Source: Candidatus Latescibacterota bacterium
Lineage (GTDB): Bacteria > Latescibacterota > UBA2968 > GCA-2709665
NCBI GenBank assembly: GCA_965226795.1
Contig: CBDDDZ010000005.1
Coordinates: forward strand, 928,001-992,000
DNA length: 64,000 nucleotides
Direction: 5' to 3'
Position 1 is the stretch's first letter. The number at the start of each line of letters is the position of its first letter. The position numbers and the translations under genes were made by a program. Of the stretch, positions 51,410 through 61,600 are shown one piece after another. The notes beneath the pieces are model-generated. The model was given only the letters and a program-made list of their open reading frames with translations. It searched no databases and was not told the DNA's origin.

Positions 51410-51484
51410 CATGCTGACGTGCCCGACGGAAGTCGTACCCGTCGGCGGAGCGCCGGCATGTTTTGCAACAAAACGGACGGTGAT

Positions 51485-52516
51485 ATGGACGCACGGAGCA
51501 AACGCAAAATCAACTGGTACAGGTGTCCGCTGGACAGGGAAACCCTTAATGCGCTGAATCGACGCAGCGACTTTAAGGGGTTTTTGCAGACCCTCGGTCA
51601 CCTCGGCGTACTCACCGTCTCCGGCGCCTTCGCCTGGTACTCAGCTGAACACCTTGGGCCGCCTTTCCTGATTTTGGCCCTGTTCCTGCACGGAACCGCC
51701 TACGCGTTCCTGTTGAATGGATTTCACGAGTTCTGTCACAGTACGGTGTTCAGATCCAAATGGTTGAACGTAGTATTCCTCAAAGTCTTCAGTTTTATGG
51801 GCTGGTACAATCCTGTTTTCTTCTGGACCAGCCACTCGAAGCACCATCGGTATACCCTCCATCCTCCCGACGATATGGAAGTCGTGCTTCCGGTGGAGAT
51901 TACGCTCGGGAGTTTTCTCAAGGCCGCGGTCGTCAATCCCTGGGGGTTGTACAACAGATTGAAGGGGGTCGTTCGCCTGAGTTTCGGTAATCTGGAGGGT
52001 CCATGGGAACACGCGCTGTTCCCCGAGTCGGAGCCAGCGCTGCTGCGGCGCCTGTTCAACTGGGCCCGTATCCTGCTGGCGGGGCACGCGGCGCTTGTGG
52101 GCGTGTCGCTCTATCTCGGTCTGTGGATGCTTCCGGTGCTGGTCACGCTGGCCCCTTTCTACGGCGGGTGGCTGTTGTTCCTCTGCAATAACACACAGCA
52201 TGTGGGACTTCAGGACAACGTGCCCGATTTCCGGTTGAATAGCCGGACGGTGATACTGAACCCCCTATTTCAGTTTCTCTATTGGCACATGAATTACCAC
52301 GTCGAACATCACATGTATGCCGCTGTTCCCTGTTATCATCTGGGAAAACTGCACAAGTTGATAAAACCCGACCTGTCCCGGTGTCCAGTTGGTCTCATCG
52401 CCTGCTGGAAGGAGATTGTCGGCATCTTGAGAAAGCAGAAGACGGACTCCGAATACCAATTCGTGCCGGAACTGCCCGCGCGGGTTGAAGGTTTCGAGTC
52501 AAAGCCCGCGGATTGA
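51485..52516 (+). CDS. Membrane fatty-acid-desaturase-family diiron oxygenase (MocD-like)
   Basis: Three His boxes HEFCH, HSKHH and HVEHH plus TM segments. Confidence 0.88.
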   Translation: MDARSKRKINWYRCPLDRETLNALNRRSDFKGFLQTLGHLGVLTVSGAFAWYSAEHLGPPFLILALFLHGTAYAFLLNGFHEFCHSTVFRSKWLNVVFLKVFSFMGWYNPVFFWTSHSKHHRYTLHPPDDMEVVLPVEITLGSFLKAAVVNPWGLYNRLKGVVRLSFGNLEGPWEHALFPESEPALLRRLFNWARILLAGHAALVGVSLYLGLWMLPVLVTLAPFYGGWLLFLCNNTQHVGLQDNVPDFRLNSRTVILNPLFQFLYWHMNYHVEHHMYAAVPCYHLGKLHKLIKPDLSRCPVGLIACWKEIVGILRKQKTDSEYQFVPELPARVEGFESKPAD

Positions 52517-53754
52517 CCTCTTCTTTCAAAACCCCTCTCCCCGAAGGACATATAGCCACTGTGGTCGACCGCCCGAAGATCGCCGCCGTCGTTACCGAGT
52601 ATCGAAAGTACTCCCACGCCCAGCACATCTGCGACCGTTTTCTCGAAGGTTACGGGTGGAACGGCAGGCATCACCGCCCGCCGATGGACCTGGTTTCGCT
52701 GTACGTGGACCAGCGCCCCGAAGGCGACCTCAGCGGAGAACGGGCTGCCCGATTTCCCGGCATGGTCATCTATCCCACCGTGGGCGATGCCCTGACCCTG
52801 GGCGGCAGTGAACTGGCCGTGGACGGGGTCCTGCTCGTGGGCGAACACGGTCAGTACGGCACTAACGAAAAGGGACAGCATCTCTATCCGCGCTATGAAT
52901 TGTTCAAGCAGATCGCGTCGGTGTACCGTACCTCGGGCAGGTGCGCGCCGGTTTTCAACGACAAGCATCTGTCGTGGCGCTGGGAATGGGCGAAGGAGAT
53001 GTACGACATCTCCCGGAATATGGGCTTCGCCTTTATGGCGGGCTCGTCGCTCCCCGTGACCTGGCGCACGCCCTCCATCGACATGCCCCTGGACGCCCGG
53101 GTGACCGAAGCCATGTGTATCGGCTACGGCGGGGTGGACAGCTACGATTTCCACGCTCTGGAGACGCTGCAGTGTATGGTCGAGCGACGCATGGGCGGCG
53201 AAAGCGGCGTGCGCTGGATCGACACCTACCGCGGTGAGCGATTCTGGGCGGCTCACCATGACTGCGTCTGGTCCCGGGAGTTGTTCGAGGCCTGCCTGGC
53301 GCGCAGTCATACGCTCACGCCGGCCCGCGCCGGGTTCAACCACGTGTTTCCGACCCTGAACGAGATGAAATTGCTCGTGGAGGATCCCATCGCCTACCGG
53401 TACGAGCACCACGACGGTCTGATATCAACCATGATTCTGTTCAACGGCCTGGTGCGGGACTTCAATTTCGCGGTGAACCTGCCGGGGCGCGGCGAACCCC
53501 TGTCCACGCAGATGTACCTGCCCATGCCGCCCGCGCATACGACGCTGGCGAATTTCTTCTCGCCTCAGGTCAACAACGTGGAGAAGATGTTCCTCACGGG
53601 AAAGGCCACGTACCCCGTCGAGCGGACCCTGCTTACAACGGGACTCGTGGCCGCCGCTGTGGACAGTCTGAACCGGGACCAGATCCGTATTCCCACACCA
53701 CATCTGCGTGTGCCGTACAGACCCAACCCCGAATCGACCTTCTGGAGAACATAA
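52513..53754 (+). CDS. Uncharacterised protein, divergent Gfo/Idh/MocA-like oxidoreductase, paralogue 1; start uncertain
   Basis: VDGVLLVGEHG, PVFNDKHLS, AGSSLP, FHALE, MVERR.GGE.GV; colinear with the next gene. Confidence 0.75.
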   Translation: MTSSFKTPLPEGHIATVVDRPKIAAVVTEYRKYSHAQHICDRFLEGYGWNGRHHRPPMDLVSLYVDQRPEGDLSGERAARFPGMVIYPTVGDALTLGGSELAVDGVLLVGEHGQYGTNEKGQHLYPRYELFKQIASVYRTSGRCAPVFNDKHLSWRWEWAKEMYDISRNMGFAFMAGSSLPVTWRTPSIDMPLDARVTEAMCIGYGGVDSYDFHALETLQCMVERRMGGESGVRWIDTYRGERFWAAHHDCVWSRELFEACLARSHTLTPARAGFNHVFPTLNEMKLLVEDPIAYRYEHHDGLISTMILFNGLVRDFNFAVNLPGRGEPLSTQMYLPMPPAHTTLANFFSPQVNNVEKMFLTGKATYPVERTLLTTGLVAAAVDSLNRDQIRIPTPHLRVPYRPNPESTFWRT

Positions 53755-54969
53755 GTGGATCGTCCCGTAGAACAGGCCGCGCCGGGCGCCGCACCCGCGC
53801 GTCTTGCCGTGGTCGCCACGATCTATCGATACCTCTCTCACGCACAGCATATCGCGGACCGGTTCGTGGCAGGGTACCCGTACGAAGGAAAATGGCGGCG
53901 GCCGAACACGTGCATCGCGTCGCTCTACGTCGACCAGAAGCCCGGGGGAGACCAGAGCGGAGACCGCGCAAAGGAGTTCGGGTTCGACGTTTACGACACC
54001 ATCGCCGGGGCGTTGCGCTGCGGCACCGACCGGCTGGCCGTGGATGCTGTACTGATTATCGGAGAGCACGGCGAGTATCCGAAGAATGACAAAGGACAGA
54101 TCCTCTACCCAAGGTATGAATTTTTCAAAGAATGCGTGGAAGTCTTTGAACAGGATGGCGTTGCCGTGCCGGTGTTCAACGACAAGCACCTGTCCTACAG
54201 CTTTGGGAAAGCCCGCGAAATGGTGGCGGACTCCCGCCGGCTCCGCTTTCCGCTGCTTGCCGGCTCCTCGTTGCCGGTGAGCTATCGGCTTCCCGACGTG
54301 GAGTTGCCGCTGGATTGCCGCGTAGGAGAGGCCCTGATGGTGGGGGTGGGTGGCTCGGACGCCATGGATTATCACGCGCTCGAGGCCATGCAGTGCATGG
54401 TCGAACGCAGGCGCGGAGGGGAAACCGGCGTCAGGGCCGTGCAAATGATCGAAGGCGATGCCGTCTGGCGGGCCGGTGAGGAGGGCCGCTGGTCACGTGA
54501 ACTGCTGGAGGCGGCCCTTTCGCGAAGCGATACGCCCTGCGGCCTGCCCGAAGATGACGGCCGCACCAGGGACCTGCTGGGAGCCGGCGAGTTACCGGGC
54601 CTCGCAAAGAATCCCGCAGCCTATTTCATCGAGTACCGCGATGGTTTGCGTGCGACGCTACTCATGCTTAACGGTGCACTGCGCGACTATTGTTTCGCGG
54701 CGCAGTTGGAAGGGTATGACGCACCGGTGTCCACACAGTTTTTCATGACACCCACGCCCAACGTGACTTATTCGGCCTGCCTGGTTGCCAAGATCGTGGA
54801 GATGATCAAAAGTGGGCGGGCCCCCTACCCGCCCGAACGCACCCTGATCGTGTGCGGCATTCTCGAGAGTTGTCTTGCTTCCAGGTTGCAGGGCGAACGG
54901 CGCCTGGAGACACCCGGCATCGACGTGGTATATCGAGCGCCCACGGAATCGCAGCACGCGCGGGCCTGA
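53755..54969 (+). CDS. Uncharacterised protein, divergent Gfo/Idh/MocA-like oxidoreductase, paralogue 2
   Basis: VDAVLIIGEHG, PVFNDKHLS, AGSSLP, YHALE, MVERRRGGETGV; GTG directly after the previous TAA. Confidence 0.75.
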   Translation: MDRPVEQAAPGAAPARLAVVATIYRYLSHAQHIADRFVAGYPYEGKWRRPNTCIASLYVDQKPGGDQSGDRAKEFGFDVYDTIAGALRCGTDRLAVDAVLIIGEHGEYPKNDKGQILYPRYEFFKECVEVFEQDGVAVPVFNDKHLSYSFGKAREMVADSRRLRFPLLAGSSLPVSYRLPDVELPLDCRVGEALMVGVGGSDAMDYHALEAMQCMVERRRGGETGVRAVQMIEGDAVWRAGEEGRWSRELLEAALSRSDTPCGLPEDDGRTRDLLGAGELPGLAKNPAAYFIEYRDGLRATLLMLNGALRDYCFAAQLEGYDAPVSTQFFMTPTPNVTYSACLVAKIVEMIKSGRAPYPPERTLIVCGILESCLASRLQGERRLETPGIDVVYRAPTESQHARA

Positions 54970-55124
54970 TCCCGTCGGGCACTTCGTACCCACATGGTTT
55001 TCTGAGGGCGGGACGTAATGCGCAGGAAGCAGAGTGCCGACAGCGCGAGGCGGTAAGATCGCGACCCACGCGACGGTCCTTCCCGGTCTAACTCCCGCCC
55101 TCAGTCCCGGGCCCTTCGCCGCAC

Positions 55125-55202
55125 TTCGACAGGCTCAGGGTTCAGGTGGGGGATCCCGTTCGCTGCTGAACGACGCTCGTTGTGGTCGTTGAGCCTGTTG
55201 AA
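55125..55202. repeat. REP-like inverted repeat TTCGACAGGCTCA ... TGAGCCTGTTGAA
   Basis: 13-bp arms with one G-T mismatch and a 52-nt spacer, in intergenic DNA. Confidence 0.6.
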
Positions 55203-55420
55203 ACGGGCCTGCTTGTGACGAAGTTCTCTACTGGGAACGAGGGCATCCTGCCCTCGAGATCCGCTTGACCACAGGGGCGCCTGTCTCCAAGGCGAAAAGC
55301 AGTGAGAAGGGAGGAGTGGAAAAGGCGCAATACAACAGCCTGCGGGGTGGTTTTCTCACTTCTTCCCTCTTGTTTCTAACCGAATAGTCGATTTTTCCCC
55401 TACCACAAAGGAGGTGTGTC

Positions 55421-56518
55421 ATGAAAATGAAGGCGTCGGTACTGCTGGAGCCGCTCAAGCCTCTGGTCGTTGAGGATTTGGATCTGGACGGGCCAAAGCA
55501 GGACGAGGTGATGGTGCGGATGGCGGCCAGCGGGGTGTGCCACAGTTGTTTGCACGTTGTGGACGGAGGCTGGAAGGGGTTCCCGATGCCCATGGTACTG
55601 GGCGATGAAGGCGCCGGTGTGGTGGAGGAGGTGGGGCCTGGGGTGACGCACGTGAAGCCGGGCGATCATGTAATCCTTTCTTGGTCGCCGACCTGCGGAC
55701 GCTGTCACTACTGTGTCACCGGGCTTTCGCACCTGTGCGAGCGCGGCGTACCGTCCAACGGTATGCTGATGGACGGTACTTCAAGAATGAAATTGAGGGG
55801 CGAGACAGTCTACCACTACGGACCGGCGTGCAGCTTTGCCTCCCATTCGGTGATGCCGGCCTCGTGCGCGGTGCCCATTCGCGAGGATATGCCGCTCGAC
55901 GTGGCCGCCCTGATCGGGTGTTCGGTGATGACAGGCGTGGGTTCGGTCATCAATACTGCTGCGGTGACACCGGGGGCGAGCATGGCGGTTTTCGGCGCTG
56001 GCGGAATCGGGCTGAACGTGGTCCAGGGCGGAACGCTGGTGCACGCACACCCCATTATCGCCGTGGATATCAATCCGGCGAAGCTCGAATATGCGAAGTC
56101 GTTCGGCGCCACGCACACGATCAATGCGGCCGAGGACAATCCAGTGGAGGCGATCCGGGACCTGACGGGGCGGGGTTCCGATTTCTCGTTTGTAGCCGTG
56201 GGCGAGCCGAGGGTGATCAACCAAGCGTGGGACTGCCTGGCGCCCAGGGGCCAGTGCGTGCTGATCGGTCTGCCCCCGACCGGTTCCACGGTGACCTTTG
56301 ATACGGGGAATCTCCAGGCGAATGAGCGAATCATGCGGGGGTCGAGATACGGAAGTGCGAGGACGTGGGACGATTTTCCGCGGATGGTGGAGCTCTATCT
56401 GGCCGGAAAACTCAAAATCGACGAACTGGTAACCCGAAAATACGGTGTGGATGAGGCGAACGAGGCCTTTGATGCCCTCACTGCGGGGGAGGTGGCGCGG
56501 GGCCTTATCGTCTTCTGA
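55421..56518 (+). CDS. Zn-dependent alcohol dehydrogenase (class III-like MDR family)
   Basis: GVCHSC, GDEGAGVV, structural Zn motif CGRCHYC...C, LIGCSVMTG, FGAGGIG; RBS AGGAGG. Confidence 0.93.
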   Translation: MKMKASVLLEPLKPLVVEDLDLDGPKQDEVMVRMAASGVCHSCLHVVDGGWKGFPMPMVLGDEGAGVVEEVGPGVTHVKPGDHVILSWSPTCGRCHYCVTGLSHLCERGVPSNGMLMDGTSRMKLRGETVYHYGPACSFASHSVMPASCAVPIREDMPLDVAALIGCSVMTGVGSVINTAAVTPGASMAVFGAGGIGLNVVQGGTLVHAHPIIAVDINPAKLEYAKSFGATHTINAAEDNPVEAIRDLTGRGSDFSFVAVGEPRVINQAWDCLAPRGQCVLIGLPPTGSTVTFDTGNLQANERIMRGSRYGSARTWDDFPRMVELYLAGKLKIDELVTRKYGVDEANEAFDALTAGEVARGLIVF

Positions 56519-56606
56519 TCAAGGCCGAATGCGCGACCGTACGGCAGGAGACGGCCTGGCCCTGTCCACCGTCTTCCGTTCGACTTCAGACCCCGTTTCG
56601 ACCTGT

Positions 56607-57524
56607 CTATTCATTCGACCTGTCGTCCCGCCACGACGGCGTCGTCCAGGTGTTAAACCAGTTCCATTTCCAGAGGACACGTTTTGATGGCAGTTCGACT
56701 TCGTATTCTACTCCCGCCGTGAAGGGCAACACGCGGGTTCTGGATCCAACGGCTTCTCGAATCCACTCGCTGAAGGCACCGGCATCCGTGACGTTGGGCG
56801 GCCAGGTGCCGTGCGGTATCGGGTCCGAAGCTCGGTCGGTGCGGTAGTGGATGGGAATAAGGAATTCCGGCTGGATGGCGTCAACGCATTGAAGGAGTTT
56901 CTCGGTTCGGTCCTCGCCGCCCCATTCCGTGAGGCCCATCTTCATGTGGATAAGGTATGTGACCCGTCCTCGCAGTTTCTCGAGCGCGCGGTAGGGTTCG
57001 GTGAGATCGCCGGTATGTAGAAACGAAATGCCGAATTCACGGACGGTAACGAGGTATCCGCAGTTGGGCAGGTCCGGTCTCTGATTCTCTCCGCTTTCGA
57101 TGACGTCCACCTGGATGGGGCCGAGGTCCAGTTCACAGGGGCCGGGAAAGGTGCGGGATTCCCCGCCGATGTGGCTCAGGTGCCCGGGAAAGACAACCTG
57201 AACAATTTTGGGATCCAGGTATTTCGTGACGGGCAGGTCCCGGTCGAAAGCGGCGTCGCCGTATTTTTCGTCCACGGGCTTGTCGGGATCGCAGCAACCC
57301 GGGCTCACGTAGAGCTTCTTGAACCGTTCACCACGGCAGAGCCTGCGCAGGGTGGCGGGGTGGCAGTGGTCGAAGTGTTCGTGGCTGATGAAGATGTAGT
57401 CGAGGTCCGGCGAAGCACCGGTCAGATGTTCTCCGAACAGGTATGGGTCAAAGGCAAAGTTGATCGCGTCGGTACGGACCTCGAAACCGCCGCAACCGGT
57501 CCATTTCAGAAAGATCGGGTTCAT
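56607..57524 (-). CDS. Metallo-beta-lactamase-fold hydrolase (UlaG-like)
   Basis: FDPYL, SHEHFDHC, HTGDL, IPIHY. Confidence 0.85.
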   Translation of the reverse strand: MNPIFLKWTGCGGFEVRTDAINFAFDPYLFGEHLTGASPDLDYIFISHEHFDHCHPATLRRLCRGERFKKLYVSPGCCDPDKPVDEKYGDAAFDRDLPVTKYLDPKIVQVVFPGHLSHIGGESRTFPGPCELDLGPIQVDVIESGENQRPDLPNCGYLVTVREFGISFLHTGDLTEPYRALEKLRGRVTYLIHMKMGLTEWGGEDRTEKLLQCVDAIQPEFLIPIHYRTDRASDPIPHGTWPPNVTDAGAFSEWIREAVGSRTRVLPFTAGVEYEVELPSKRVLWKWNWFNTWTTPSWRDDRSNE

Positions 57525-57685
57525 GGTGGACTCGTGACGGAGAAAGGGTGAAGAAGTACCCGGGCGCGCTTCCCGTTAACGATCACATACGGCCGCACGC
57601 CGGCGTTGGCAGAGACAGAAGGGCCCCTGTCCAGACAACATATCGATAGCGAATTGTAAAGCAAAGCGGATAATAGGGTGCATAC

Positions 57686-58321
57686 GTGGCACAAAGCGCA
57701 GACACTCGCGCTGAACCGATGCGCGGGCCCATCCATCCGTCCTGTTCGGACCACGAAAGAAGGCATAACTCTTCGATCCGTGCGACGAGGTGTTCGGCGC
57801 GCTCGAATGAGACCCATGCCGGTACGTCGATCAGCCTCTTCGTCTACGGCACGCTCAAACGCGGGTACTCGAACCACGACAGTTATTGTCGGGGCGTGCG
57901 GGCGATTGAAAAGGCGCTGGTCCGCGGACACCTCTACATCAGGCCCGATCGCATCCCTTTTCTCGAGGTGCCGGAGCAGGATATCCTTGCGGAAGGAACC
58001 GCAGACCCCATCGCCGACGCGGCCGCGCAGGAACGCCTTTCCAGTCACATCGGACCTCCACAATTGGCCGAAAGCCCGCCCGGAAAGCCCGCGAGCGGCC
58101 GGGGCGTCGTGCACGGGGAATTGCTCGTATTCGACGATCCCGAAACCCGCCTGCCCGCCATCGACCGCCTGGAAGGCTTCCGGCCAGGCGGTCGAAGTCT
58201 TTACCGCCGGGTACTGGCGCCGGTTCTTGTAAAGGAAACCTGGCGGGCGGCGTGGGTCTACGCGGTCGATACAAAGCCCCTCGAATGGCCCAGGCAGAAC
58301 TCCGGGCGCTGGATGGGGTGA
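57686..58321 (+). CDS. Gamma-glutamylcyclotransferase (AIG2-like); start uncertain, conserved domain begins near 57835
   Basis: LFVYGTLKRG..NH, VHGEL, IDRLEGF, YRRV, AWVY. Confidence 0.85.
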   Translation: MAQSADTRAEPMRGPIHPSCSDHERRHNSSIRATRCSARSNETHAGTSISLFVYGTLKRGYSNHDSYCRGVRAIEKALVRGHLYIRPDRIPFLEVPEQDILAEGTADPIADAAAQERLSSHIGPPQLAESPPGKPASGRGVVHGELLVFDDPETRLPAIDRLEGFRPGGRSLYRRVLAPVLVKETWRAAWVYAVDTKPLEWPRQNSGRWMG

Positions 58322-58412
58322 TAGACGCACTGGGGAAACACGGATTGCGACGGCATAAGACCGGGACGCAGTTCCCGGACTTGCGGAAATCGACCAATAG
58401 AAAATTTGTGAA

Positions 58413-58432
58413 ATCACAAGATTTCTTGTGAT
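58413..58432. promoter_or_regulatory. Perfect 9-bp inverted repeat upstream of the HTH-helicase gene (candidate operator)
   Basis: ATCACAAGA-TT-TCTTGTGAT; a second palindrome GTGAC-A-GTCAC lies at 58551-58561. Confidence 0.4.
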
Positions 58433-58614
58433 ATCCCATCGCTTACCGGACGTACTTCCCCCTTATATTTCTGAATTCAGCCCCCAGAGCCCCGAATTCG
58501 TCCTCGTGGCCCACTTAATCGCCCAAATATAGCATCTGCGATAAATATTCGTGACAGTCACCCGATCATCATTTATATTTCGTGTGTCCTATATAGGAAC
58601 GACTGAGAGGCCGT

Positions 58615-61600
58615 ATGTCAACCGTTATGTCAAACGTGGTGCCAGAAGATTGTGCTTCGCGGATCAAGAGCGGGAGGGGCGTCAGGGGGCTGACCCAAAC
58701 GCAATTCGCCAATCTGATCGGTGTCTCCTTTGCGTCCGTGAATCGTTGGGAAAATGGGCAGTCTCGGCCGAATAATCTGGCCTGGAAGCGGATTGCCGAA
58801 CTCGAGCGGCAGTGGACAAGTTCCCGGGATGACGGTCAGTACGATTCATCGACGATGCCGACCACGGCGCCGATCCTTGATTTCGCTGGTGACCCGAACG
58901 CCGTTTCCGTCCTTGCAGAGGCGCATCGTCTGGCGTCAGGTCATCTCTTCAACCCCACGTTCGCCACCGAAACCTCGTCAATAGATCCACTTCCGCATCA
59001 ACGCATCGCCGTCTATGAGACGATGATGCAACAGGCCCCTCTGCGATTCCTGCTGGCCGACGATGCGGGTGCCGGAAAGACAATCATGACTGGTCTGTAC
59101 GTGCGCGAAATGTTGTCGCGGGGATTGATACGTCGCGTCTTGATTGTGCCTCCCGCCGGTCTGGTGGGCAATTGGGAGCGGGAGATGCGGACGCTGTTTC
59201 GCCTCCAGTTCCGAATCGTCCACGGCGCGGACGCCCGATCAGGCAATCCTTTCGCTGGACCGGATAGCGACCTCGTCATCGTCAGTGTCGATACGCTGGC
59301 AGGAAAAGGGATGTTTGCACATCTCCGAAACCAGGATACGGACGGTTATGACCTGGTTGTTTTCGACGAAGCTCACAAGCTGTCAGCCCACAGGGAACCG
59401 GGTTACCGGGTGCGGAGGACGGACCGGTACAGACTCGCCGAAGCAATTGCTGCCGCTGAATCCGATAATTCCGCCTGGACGCTTCCCTGGTCTGCCCAGC
59501 ATCTGCTGCTTCTGACGGCAACGCCGCATATGGGGAAGGACTATCCGTACTTCGCTCTCTGGCGCCTGCTGCTTCCGGAAACACTCACGACCCAGGACGC
59601 CTTCGACGAGTTTTCGCCTGATTCCCGATCCAAACACTTTCTCCGTCGGACGAAAGAGGAGATGGTCCATTTTGACGGATCCGCGTTGTATCCACAGAGG
59701 AACTGCGATACCCTGAGCTACGTTCTTTCGCAGGGTCCGGGGAGCGAGCAGGAACTGTACGACGAGACCACTGATTACATCAGGTATTTCTACAACCGAG
59801 CCAGACAGCTGAACCGTTCCGCCGCACGGCTGGCGATGAGCGTGTTCCAGCGGCGACTGGCGAGTTCCACGTACGCGTTAATGCGTTCCTTCGAGCGCCG
59901 CGAAGAGAAACTGGCCGCTTTGATCGACGCAATACGCGATGGAAGCGTAACCGAGAAACAGCTTACTCGTGAACAGCGGAAGCTGGATGTTCTCGACGAT
60001 GCATTTGAAACGCGGACCTTTGACGAGGACACGGATGATGCACAAGAGGGAGACGAGGCGTTCGAAAGCCAGGCGTTGGGTGGCACCGTGGCTGTCAGCC
60101 TTAGCGAACTCGAGGATGAACGTCAAAGGGTCGAGGGGCTACTGAGCAAGGCACGCCAGAGACTCGAAGCGGGCGAGGAATCGAAATTCGAAAAGCTCCG
60201 CGAGGTGCTCCGGGATCCCAGTTACGCAAATGAGAAATTCATTATCTTCACGGAGCACCGGGACACCGCCGTCTTTCTGGTACGTCGACTTGAGGGTCTC
60301 GGATTTACGGGGCGTGTCGCGATGATTCATGGTGGCCTGCCGTACCCGGAGCGCGAGAGACAGGTGGAGTTCTTCCGCCGCTCCGCTAACGAAGGCGGTG
60401 CCAGCTACCTGGTAGCGACTGACGCGGCTGGCGAGGGCATCAATCTCCAATTCTGCTGGCTGATGGTGAATTACGACATACCCTGGAATCCGGCCCGGCT
60501 TGAACAGCGGATGGGGCGGATTCACCGCTACGGCCAAAAGCACGATCCGGTGATCATTGTCAATCTCCTCGCCGGCGGGACCCGCGAGGGGCGGGTTTTG
60601 AAAACCCTGCTCGACAAGCTGGAGGTGATGCGTCGCCAGCTTCAATCTGACAAGGTTTTCGACGTGGTCGGACGGCTCTTTTCGGAAGTATCCATACGGG
60701 AATATCTTGAGCAGGCGGTCACTGAAGATCCCGGAACCGCCGCCGCGCGACTGGTGGGCGATCTTACTGCGGAGCAGGTCCAGGCGCTCGAACAAAAGGA
60801 ACGCTCGCTCTTTGGCGATGGGGGCGACGTGCGCCGCCAGCTTGCCCGTCTCAATGAAGAGGCAGAGAAGGAAACCTTTCGCAGGCTCCTGCCCGGATAT
60901 GTTCGCCGTTTCGTGGCTAAGGCCGCGACCCTGCTCGACCTGCGGGTGGATGGCGACCTGGAAGAAACCTTCGCCTTGGTTCCCGATCGCGTGCGGGCTG
61001 CCGATCCCCTGTTATCTGCACTTGACGTGTATCCCGAGACAGCGCAGGGCCGGCTCACGGTCTACAAGCCCACCAGCCGGGAGGAAGTCGTGTGGTTGCA
61101 TCCGGGAGAACCGGTCTTCGACGCTATCTCCGCATCGATTATAGGTCGGTACGGACGCGAGGGTCTCCGGGGGTCGGTGTTTATCGACCCAGAAGCGTCC
61201 GTACCCTATCTGTTTCACATCGCGAGAATATCCGTCGAAGAGTACAGCCAGGTCGCCACCGTGGGTGCGGGCGAAACGACCGATGGGGATGGGCGCCAGG
61301 TAAAGGCCTCAAGACTCATCGATTCCAGACTGGTCGGGCTACGGCAATCGGCCGAGGGTACGGTGGAGGAGTCACCGGTGGAACGTCTCCTTCTTTTGCG
61401 AGAAGCGAAAGACTTTCCGCCGGGCCGCGTACCACTCGCGGCGGCGGCTCGGGGTCTCCTTTCCGATGCCGAACGGTCTGCGCGTGAGGACATACTGGAG
61501 TCCCTATTGCAACATTATCAACAGAGTCGTATCGCCGATCTGCCGGCTCACATCGACTTCGTCAGCCGCGGATTCGACTATGAGGCCGCCGAACTCGCCG

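Noticed and set aside
53752..53757. Programmed stop-codon readthrough fusing the two paralogues
   Set aside because: The stop is TAA (not TGA or TAG), and a GGAG RBS precedes the GTG, so independent initiation is the simpler explanation.
57525..58614. tRNA, att site or integrase at the left island boundary
   Set aside because: No cloverleaf/TPsiC motif, direct repeat or recombinase ORF found by eye.
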